From the UHGV virus genome UHGV-1367834: DNA of 38,620 bases; one strand, given 5' to 3'. Position 1 is the first letter of the stretch; each line of letters starts with the position of its first letter. The notes beneath the pieces are model-generated. The model searched no databases, was not told the DNA's origin, and was given only the letters and a program-made list of their open reading frames with translations. The translations under genes were made by a program, and so were the position numbers. Positions 32,602-38,620 of this stretch are shown here, piece after piece. This DNA comes from a virus.

Positions 32602-33321
32602 ATGTTAGTATCAAAGAAAAAGCATGATTTATTGATTAAGAACTACAATGAGTTAGTAGATGATAGGGATAGATGGCAAGGAAGATGTATTCACCACGCA
32701 AACAACCTTGACAGAGCATACGAGGAGATAAACGAGTTAAGAGAAATGATTAGAGAGATTAAGAGAGAAAAGAATAGAGATATAAACAACCTAACATTTG
32801 AACGTGACACATATAAGGAAAAATACAAAGAATGGTTTCAAAACTTTATTAAAACAAAAGCAGAACTAGAAAAAGTTGACAAAATTGTTTTACAATATGA
32901 ACAACGAATTAATGAATTGGAGGAAAAAGAAATGACAAAATATGCTAAAATTACAAAATATTTAGGACCACATAACATTGACAAAAGACTTGGTTTAGAA
33001 ATTGGTAAAACATATAAAATTGTAGAATATAAGAGTCCTTTAACTGATAATTGCTATATTTATTTAAATGATGAATATCCATACTATTTCATTTCAGAAA
33101 GACAATATGAATTAGTAGAAAAAGAAGAAAAAGAAGAAACACCAACTTTTAAAACAACTATAGACTTGAAGTCTAGTGTACAAGCTAAAATTGACTCACT
33201 AACAACGGAAGCAGAACACTTATTCAAAAAGCGTGACCGCTTGGAGCAACAGGCAATTAACTTAAGCAAAAAGGCACGCAAACTTAACAAACTGATTGAA
33301 ACTATCAAAGAATTTGAATAA
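32602..33321 (+). CDS. hypothetical coiled-coil protein
   Basis: 239 aa, Glu/Lys-rich. RBS AAGGGAGGA downstream of P5. Confidence 0.6.
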   Translation: MLVSKKKHDLLIKNYNELVDDRDRWQGRCIHHANNLDRAYEEINELREMIREIKREKNRDINNLTFERDTYKEKYKEWFQNFIKTKAELEKVDKIVLQYEQRINELEEKEMTKYAKITKYLGPHNIDKRLGLEIGKTYKIVEYKSPLTDNCYIYLNDEYPYYFISERQYELVEKEEKEETPTFKTTIDLKSSVQAKIDSLTTEAEHLFKKRDRLEQQAINLSKKARKLNKLIETIKEFE

Positions 33322-33326
33322 AACAC

Positions 33327-33361
33327 TTGACACCTACTATATCTGATGGTATAGTAGGTGT
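33327..33361 (+). promoter_or_regulatory. early promoter P6 (TTGACA, 17-nt spacer, TATAGT) with the perfect 12-bp inverted repeat ACACCTACTATA/TATAGTAGGTGT
   Basis: The palindrome is related to the one in P4 (CTACTATA...TATAGTAG). Confidence 0.6.
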
Positions 33362-33387
33362 ATAAGATAACTAAGGAGGAAAACAAC

Positions 33388-33465
33388 ATGGCAGTATTTG
33401 GTTTATTATTTGTAACAATTGGAATCTGGGGAACTTACAACATTATCAAGTATATTGAGGACTAG
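33388..33465 (+). CDS. 25-aa hydrophobic micropeptide
   Basis: Strong RBS AAGGAGGAAAACAACATG downstream of P6. The reading frame is MAVFGLLFVTIGIWGTYNIIKYIED. Confidence 0.35.
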   Translation: MAVFGLLFVTIGIWGTYNIIKYIED

Positions 33466-33476
33466 GAGGAACAAGA

Positions 33477-33617
33477 ATGATAGGAGATTTTATATTATGG
33501 TGTAAAGAGGTATTACGTGAAAACTTTTGTATACATGAGTACGAACCATTTGGCATTTACAAATCATATAATTTAGGCGCACATGAAAAATGCAAAAAAT
33601 GTGGGAGGTTAAAATGA
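33477..33617 (+). CDS. small Cys-rich protein (C-x8-C...C-x2-C, zinc-ribbon-like)
   Basis: RBS AGGAGGAACAAGAATG. The reading frame is MIGDFILWCKEVLRENFCIHEYEPFGIYKSYNLGAHEKCKKCGRLK. Confidence 0.4.
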   Translation: MIGDFILWCKEVLRENFCIHEYEPFGIYKSYNLGAHEKCKKCGRLK

Positions 33618-33841
33618 TGACAACCAAAACGAATTATCATATTTGCCTAACAAATAATGAGGTTTTCAACTTATACACAGAAGAACCAATCCTTGTAATG
33701 TATGAACAAGCGGTTGAAAATGATGAAAAGTTATTGAAATTGGAAAAACCAGAAGGAATTGAAATTGATGGCGAAATGCAATCCACATTTATCACTATTC
33801 CACTTGATTCAATCTTATATGTATTGGAGGATGCTAAATAG
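33614..33841 (+). CDS. hypothetical protein
   Basis: RBS GGGAGG; the ATG at about 33614 lies within the track ORF 33590-33841. Confidence 0.5.
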   Translation: MMTTKTNYHICLTNNEVFNLYTEEPILVMYEQAVENDEKLLKLEKPEGIEIDGEMQSTFITIPLDSILYVLEDAK

Positions 33842-34059
33842 TGTCTGATTCAGTAAAGGTTATAGGTTCAATTTGGGCGTCAACTGATGGTCTAAATATC
33901 TACAGAATTGACCATATAGACAGACGTGGGTATTTTATCACATTATTAGACAATGAAATAAACATGGTTTCTAAAACATGGATACACAAGCAAGCCACCA
34001 TGTGTGACACAAAAGCAACCAAAGAACAGAAACAACAATTTGAGGAGGAAACAAAATGA
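33841..34059 (+). CDS. hypothetical protein
   Basis: Track ORF with a GTG start, coupled to the upstream gene. Confidence 0.45.
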   Translation: MSDSVKVIGSIWASTDGLNIYRIDHIDRRGYFITLLDNEINMVSKTWIHKQATMCDTKATKEQKQQFEEETK

Positions 34060-34271
34060 GTAGAATGAGTAATATCAGTGCAATTGAACAAGTGTTAGAA
34101 ATGATTGAAGGTTATGACGAAAACGCAGAACACAACCACGCTGGCATGAAATTTATCCAAGGTGTAATTTTAGGACTTAGCATGGGTGATGTCATCACTA
34201 TGGAACAATCCAGTGAATTACGTGAACGATTACATGATGTTTATAAATTGCATAAGGAGGAAACAAAATGA
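34056..34271 (+). CDS. hypothetical protein
   Basis: RBS GAGGAGGAAACAAAATG, coupled. Confidence 0.55.
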   Translation: MSRMSNISAIEQVLEMIEGYDENAEHNHAGMKFIQGVILGLSMGDVITMEQSSELRERLHDVYKLHKEETK

Positions 34272-34507
34272 GAGTTGACATGTACACAGAACGTTACTAT
34301 AAATTTGAAGAACCATACAACGGTGCTACAGTAACCATTGTATTAAAAAACGGTGTACCACAAATGTATGAATATGAATATAAAGATGTACACAACACTT
34401 TAGCATATAAATTCACTTGGCTATACAATGTTAAGTATATTGGTGATATTGTAAATGTATGGAATGAAAAACGTTTATTAAAAAAACTAGATGAGGTGGA
34501 AAAATGA
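34268..34507 (+). CDS. hypothetical protein
   Basis: RBS AAGGAGGAAACAAAATG, coupled. Confidence 0.55.
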   Translation: MRVDMYTERYYKFEEPYNGATVTIVLKNGVPQMYEYEYKDVHNTLAYKFTWLYNVKYIGDIVNVWNEKRLLKKLDEVEK

Positions 34508-34701
34508 GTAAATTAGATGCATTATTAGTGGCACTTGTATTGGTAGGGACAGCAAGTGGAATAGTGATTTCAGCAATGATTGTAATTTCAGTTCTAATGG
34601 TATTGAAACCAATGGCATGGCTTGTACTTGGATTAGGTGCAATGGTAACTATACTGATTACAATTGGTATATACCAATTTGACAAACATTATCTAAATTA
34701 A
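34504..34701 (+). CDS. small membrane protein with two transmembrane segments
   Basis: RBS GAGGTGGAAAAATG; the protein is strongly hydrophobic (LLVALVLVGTASGIVISAMIVISVLMVL...). Confidence 0.55.
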   Translation: MSKLDALLVALVLVGTASGIVISAMIVISVLMVLKPMAWLVLGLGAMVTILITIGIYQFDKHYLN

Positions 34702-34727
34702 ATATGCTATGATAAGGGAGAAAGTTA

Positions 34728-34756
34728 AATAAAACAGTTGACTTTCTCTTTTTTAG
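34728..34756 (+). promoter_or_regulatory. early promoter P7 (TTGACT, 17-nt spacer, TATAGT) upstream of the primase-helicase gene
   Basis: A third, partial copy of the AAACAGTTGACTTTCT module, followed by CATAAGATAT. Confidence 0.6.
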
Positions 34757-34796
34757 ATGATATAGTAATGTCATAAGATATTTAGGAGGAATAAGA

Positions 34797-36377
34797 ATGT
34801 TAAATGAATTACAAAAAGTTGAATATGACCAACCAGTTGAATTAAGGTTTATCAGCACGCTTGAAAAGACTTTGACGCCAAGTAAGCAATATATCAAGGC
34901 ATTATCAGAATATGAGAAGGACCACAAAGAGTGGGAAGTTGACTTTAAAAATGGTGATGCGGCTAAAAATGCAGAGCCACAACGACCAGAACCAAGTTAT
35001 GACGGTTTAAACGCAGAAGCCTTGGCAGTTCACATGGCTAAGGTATTACCAGTGCATGCCAGCTCCACAATCGGTTTACCAGTGGTTTACAATCATGACA
35101 CAAAAATCTATGAGGTTTCAGAAGACAACCTAGAAGCTCGTTTATGGCAAAAGCTTTACAATGAGTTTATGATGGTATACACACCACACTATGCAGAAAA
35201 TGCAAAGGTTGCTAACCAATTTAGAAATGCAGTCCAAAGAATGGCAAAAAATGCGCTTGCTTCTGGTGCTAACTTACCATTTAATGACAGAATGGACCCA
35301 AATAAAATTGCCTTTAAAAACGGAACATATCGCTTTAAAGAGGACACACTAAAACCAACTGTAAAAGAGGACTACCAAACAACAAGGATTGAATATGATT
35401 ATATTGATAACCCTAAACACAATATAGTTGCTGAATGGATTGAGTACATTTTAGAAGAGGACGCAAAAACACTGTTTCAATTGATTGGACGTATTTTTTA
35501 CCGCAACCAAGACCCGCAAGCAATGGTATTTGCAACTGGTGAAGGTAGTAACGGTAAATCTCACGTTATGGCATTTATTGAGGACCTAGTAGGTAAATCA
35601 AACACAAGTCATGCAACACTCGCTAGCTTGTCAGGTAATAACGATAAATTCGCAAGCTCTCAATTATTTGGTAAAATGGTAAACATTGAAACAGATATGC
35701 CAGCACAGCATATTAAACAAACAGGTACACTGAAAACATTATCAGGTAATGACGTTATGAGTGCAGAGTACAAAGGTATTAACAAGTTCACATTTACGAA
35801 CTACGCACTAATGATTTTCACAACTAATAACATGCCTACATTTTCAGACACTTCACATGGTTTTTTGCGCCGTATTATCACATTACCATTTAACAAGACT
35901 ATGGGAAGAGATAACCCAACAGATTCAATGTGGCTGGAACGTTCAAAGAATTTCACATATGAAGAAAAATCAGAGTTTATCAGCTACTGTTTACAACAAT
36001 ATAGAAATGTACTATTTGGACTAAATGGAGAAACCAAAGGACACTTCTGGACCAGTGATAATGCAAATAAATTGCGTGATGCCTTTATCCAAGGAAATGA
36101 CACAATGGCAAACTTTATTGACATGAACGAAATTGAGTTCGTGGAAGATGAAAACTCATTTATCCCAACAAACGAATTATTAGAAGCATATAACGATATG
36201 TTAGTTAATGAAGGACTAATGACCGTTTCAGCTCGCAAGTTTGTGCCAGAACTACAACGTAAATCGCAGAACATTGTATTAAACAGAGTTAAAAAACGAG
36301 TTAATGGTAGACCACAGTATGTGTTAACCAATATTAAATGGGCTAACAACTTTACTGAAACAGATAATATTTTTTAA
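34797..36377 (+). CDS. DNA primase/helicase (D5 N-terminal-like region plus P4-type SF3 helicase C-terminal domain)
   Basis: Walker A motif GEGSNGKSH and Walker B-like motif ALMIFTTN, with the P4/D5 primase-helicase C-terminal layout (...KFASSQLFGKMVNIETDMP...TLSGNDVMSAEYKG...). Confidence 0.8.
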   Translation: MLNELQKVEYDQPVELRFISTLEKTLTPSKQYIKALSEYEKDHKEWEVDFKNGDAAKNAEPQRPEPSYDGLNAEALAVHMAKVLPVHASSTIGLPVVYNHDTKIYEVSEDNLEARLWQKLYNEFMMVYTPHYAENAKVANQFRNAVQRMAKNALASGANLPFNDRMDPNKIAFKNGTYRFKEDTLKPTVKEDYQTTRIEYDYIDNPKHNIVAEWIEYILEEDAKTLFQLIGRIFYRNQDPQAMVFATGEGSNGKSHVMAFIEDLVGKSNTSHATLASLSGNNDKFASSQLFGKMVNIETDMPAQHIKQTGTLKTLSGNDVMSAEYKGINKFTFTNYALMIFTTNNMPTFSDTSHGFLRRIITLPFNKTMGRDNPTDSMWLERSKNFTYEEKSEFISYCLQQYRNVLFGLNGETKGHFWTSDNANKLRDAFIQGNDTMANFIDMNEIEFVEDENSFIPTNELLEAYNDMLVNEGLMTVSARKFVPELQRKSQNIVLNRVKKRVNGRPQYVLTNIKWANNFTETDNIF

Positions 36378-36407
36378 AAATAATTTAAAGAAAGTTGACT
36401 AAAACAG

Positions 36408-36436
36408 TTGACTTTCTTTTTTTCACATGCTATACT
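36408..36436 (+). promoter_or_regulatory. early promoter P8 (TTGACT, 17-nt spacer, TATACT); duplicate of the P2 module
   Basis: See P2. Confidence 0.65.
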
Positions 36437-36467
36437 TAATTCATAAGTTAAGAGGAGGAATTAGACA

Positions 36468-36656
36468 ATGACAACTAAAGAAAAATACGAAAACAAATTA
36501 AAAAGATTAAATGAAAGATTTGACAAATTAAAATCAGAAATGATTGAAGCATACGACAAAGGAGATAACGAAAAAGGACATAGCTTGAACGACAAACTAG
36601 AAAACATATTAGATGTAATTCTACTAACTGAAACAGTATTAGAAAATTTAAAATAA
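36468..36656 (+). CDS. hypothetical small coiled-coil protein
   Basis: RBS AGAGGAGGAATT downstream of P8. Confidence 0.5.
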   Translation: MTTKEKYENKLKRLNERFDKLKSEMIEAYDKGDNEKGHSLNDKLENILDVILLTETVLENLK

Positions 36657-36671
36657 AAATCAGAAAAGGGG

Positions 36672-36700
36672 TTGACAAGTTCAACCCCAACTAATATACT
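36672..36700 (+). promoter_or_regulatory. early promoter P9 (TTGACA, 17-nt spacer, TATACT) inside the perfect hairpin GGGGTTGACAAGTTCAACCCC; duplicate of the P5 module
   Basis: See P5. Confidence 0.6.
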
Positions 36701-36730
36701 AAGTACATAAGTTAAAAGGAGGAAAACAAA

Positions 36731-37174
36731 ATGGACTTTCAAATTGGAACAGTAAAGAAAACACAAGGACAAGTAAAGAAACACGCTTCACAGTTTACAC
36801 ATAAGGAAGAAGAACAAGTATACAACGCACGAGAGCGTGTAAAAGACTTATGGTTAAAGCGTGGTATTAAGATTGGTTTTCACTTACAAGATAAAATCAG
36901 AAATGGTGAAACTAAATTTTCATATGAAATGACAATGAAAACCATGTTGAGTAGTACAATTGTAGAGTATAACGAAACAGGCGCAGACAAGCGTATTTTA
37001 CTACGTTCACACTATTCAAAAAACAAAGAAGTACAGTGTATTGTTGTGTCACTATTAAGTGGTAAAGTAATTACAAGCTATCTAAACAAAGTAGAGGACG
37101 TTCACAAGACACTTGACCCAAGACGGTATGACAAAAATTTAAAAATTAATTTACCAAAACACTTGACAAAGTAA
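36731..37174 (+). CDS. hypothetical protein
   Basis: RBS AAAGGAGGAAAACAAAATG downstream of P9. Confidence 0.55.
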   Translation: MDFQIGTVKKTQGQVKKHASQFTHKEEEQVYNARERVKDLWLKRGIKIGFHLQDKIRNGETKFSYEMTMKTMLSSTIVEYNETGADKRILLRSHYSKNKEVQCIVVSLLSGKVITSYLNKVEDVHKTLDPRRYDKNLKINLPKHLTK

Positions 37175-37192
37175 AAACAATCATTTATACTA
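37164..37192 (+). promoter_or_regulatory. early promoter P10 (TTGACA, 17-nt spacer, TATACT)
   Basis: Consensus hexamers with a 17-nt spacer; the -35 overlaps the 3' end of the upstream ORF. Confidence 0.55.
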
Positions 37193-37222
37193 AGTATATA
37201 ATCAATTAGGAGGAATAAGTAA

Positions 37223-37495
37223 ATGAAACATAAAGGATTAATTATTGGATTGGCAGTAGGATTAAGTTTTTCAGGAAGTACAGCAATGTTGGCAAACAAC
37301 TTAAACAAGCAGAAATTGAATGAAGCTAAACAAGAATTACACTTATACAAAGAATTGAACGAACGTCAACAAGATATTATTTTAGAATATAAAGTTGTAT
37401 CAGGAATTGAAGTATCAAGTATCACTCAATCATTAGATAATGAACAATTAATTAACGAATTAGAAAAACGAATTAACAAATTGGAGGATAAATAA
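37223..37495 (+). CDS. membrane-anchored or secreted coiled-coil protein
   Basis: N-terminal signal or transmembrane segment (MKHKGLIIGLAVGLSFSGSTAMLA) followed by a coiled-coil. RBS TTAGGAGGAATAAG downstream of P10. Confidence 0.5.
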   Translation: MKHKGLIIGLAVGLSFSGSTAMLANNLNKQKLNEAKQELHLYKELNERQQDIILEYKVVSGIEVSSITQSLDNEQLINELEKRINKLEDK

Positions 37496-37497
37496 AA

Positions 37498-37659
37498 TGA
37501 ATGAAAATATGGAAGTTTTAACGGCAATTTTAGTGGCAAATTTAGTAGGTATTTTAACAATTGTATTCACAACGTCAAGTGACGCTGGTTTAGTATCTTG
37601 GTTAGTATCATTCGCATTAACATTCTTAGCAATTCAAACATTTACGGAGGTTGAATAAC
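37498..37659 (+). CDS. small membrane protein of about 53 aa, not in the ORF track
   Basis: The ATG directly follows the upstream stop. It has two hydrophobic segments (MNENMEVLTAILVANLVGILTIVF...LVSWLVSFALTFLAIQTF). Confidence 0.4.
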
Positions 37660-37869
37660 ATGAATTTATTACAAGCATATGAAGTGGTCGACAGTCATTT
37701 TTTAGTAGTGAAAGAATCAAATGGTATGACTGCACTAGTAATTGACACAACAAGTGATAAGTCAGTAGCACGATTATTTAATAAGTATAATGAGTTGACA
37801 AAGGTATTAAATATCAGTTACAACGAATCATGGGGCGGAATTGAATTAGTGATTGGAGAGGAAGAATAA
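37660..37869 (+). CDS. hypothetical protein
   Basis: ATG with RBS ACGGAGG; the track ORF begins at an upstream TTG at 37651. Confidence 0.5.
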   Translation: MNLLQAYEVVDSHFLVVKESNGMTALVIDTTSDKSVARLFNKYNELTKVLNISYNESWGGIELVIGEEE

Positions 37870-37871
37870 AA

Positions 37872-38105
37872 ATGAAAACAGAACGCATTATTGCAATTGA
37901 TAATATTTTGAGTGAAATGGAAAATAATTTCAGAACTAAAGGTATTACACAGGAAGAGATGGAAAAATATTTAACATATGGTACGTTAGCAATGTTAGGA
38001 CTATTCAGCCAACAAGGAATTGACGTAGAAGAAGGTATTGAACTTATAACAAATATGTTACAAGGTAATAAAAAAGGTGGTTCAGTACGTGAAACAAGAA
38101 GCTAA
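37872..38105 (+). CDS. hypothetical protein
   Basis: RBS GGAGAGGAAGAATAAAAATG, coupled. Confidence 0.5.
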   Translation: MKTERIIAIDNILSEMENNFRTKGITQEEMEKYLTYGTLAMLGLFSQQGIDVEEGIELITNMLQGNKKGGSVRETRS

Positions 38106-38448
38106 ATTCAGTAGAAAAGTTGTAGATTATTTGGAATCTAAAGGTGCAGTAGTAAACGTCAATACGGCAACCATATATGACCGTGTTGGTCGCTCTGATG
38201 TTGAAGCGTGTTACGAAGGTCACTATATCGCGTTAGAACTCAAAACAGGTAACTACCAACCTGATAAATTACAGATTAGATATTTACAAGATGTTAGGAA
38301 TGCTGGTGGGTATGGACTATTATTAAGAGACAAGTTAGATGATTTGATTGAATTATTAAATTATTTAGATAATTGGGATGAGGTAGACTATATTGAGCCT
38401 GATTTACCAGAAATAAATTATGACGAATTGGAGATTGACTATGATTGA
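38077..38448 (+). CDS. VRR-NUC domain nuclease (PD-(D/E)xK superfamily)
   Basis: GRSDVEACYEGHYIALELKTGNYQPDKLQIRYLQDVRNAGGY fits the VRR-NUC pattern D-x(n)-E-x-K followed by a conserved Q. Confidence 0.65.
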   Translation: MVQYVKQEAKFSRKVVDYLESKGAVVNVNTATIYDRVGRSDVEACYEGHYIALELKTGNYQPDKLQIRYLQDVRNAGGYGLLLRDKLDDLIELLNYLDNWDEVDYIEPDLPEINYDELEIDYD

Positions 38449-38620
38449 AGAATGGAAGGATATTAAAGATTATGAAGGTTTATATAAGGTAAGTAACTTA
38501 GGTAGAGTTAAAAGTAACTATAAAGGACTAGAACGACTATTGAAACCACTTTCTAAGAATAACGGTTATTTATTTGTAATTTTATATAAAGATACCAAAC
38601 CTACAAAATATTATGTCCAC
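38441..38620 (+). CDS. HNH homing endonuclease, 3' truncated by the window edge
   Basis: MIEEWKDIKDYEGLYKVSNLGRVKS has the same N-terminal motif as the other NUMOD4/HNH_3 paralogs. Its start overlaps the VRR-NUC stop codon. Confidence 0.75.
   Translation, partial: MIEEWKDIKDYEGLYKVSNLGRVKSNYKGLERLLKPLSKNNGYLFVILYKDTKPTKYYVH

Noticed and set aside
1-38620. tRNA genes, an integrase or CI-like repressor, and an attP site
   Set aside because: I saw no T-loop or acceptor-stem patterns in the intergenic regions by eye, and no ORF has integrase or repressor motifs. Genome organisation and the abundance of homing endonucleases suggest a virulent phage. A tRNAscan run would be decisive for tRNAs.

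Overview
The window reads as a near-complete, apparently virulent tailed dsDNA phage of a low-GC Gram-positive host. Coding is AT-rich, ribosome-binding sites are of the AGGAGG type, and no integrase or repressor is visible. There are three blocks. (i) 1-9669 (+) is an early/replication block: a family B DNA polymerase, an NrdH-like redoxin, a metallo-beta-lactamase (MBL)-fold protein, many small ORFs and four HNH-type endonuclease genes. (ii) 9760-31861 (-) is a complete lysis and morphogenesis block. In transcription order it runs HNH, a G/C-tract element that may be cos, an HNH homing endonuclease, TerS, a roughly 500-nt structured non-coding transcription unit, TerL, portal, protease, HK97-type major capsid, head-tail connectors, a GIY-YIG endonuclease, major tail, chaperone, tape measure with a lytic transglycosylase (SLT) domain, Dit, Tal, XhlA-like protein, holin, and an amidase with a signal peptide. 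(iii) 32391-38620 (+) is a second early block: a P4/D5-type primase-helicase, a VRR-NUC nuclease, many small and membrane ORFs, and another HNH that runs off the end. The two divergent blocks meet in a 527-bp iteron-rich region. Ten sigma-A-like early promoters share one architecture, and most late genes carry their own extended -10 promoter. The observations most worth a second look are these. First, a promoter-to-terminator non-coding unit between terS and terL. Second, a 71-nt element that is nearly identical downstream of both the capsid and major-tail genes and starts at a shared CCC-UAG terminus, which is a candidate for recoding. Third, a GIY-YIG cassette whose start site sits inside a perfect 15-bp hairpin. 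Fourth, direct repeats flanking the lysis cassette. Fifth, a (CA)5 tract that splits an early gene. Coordinates I derived by hand may be off by one or two nucleotides.
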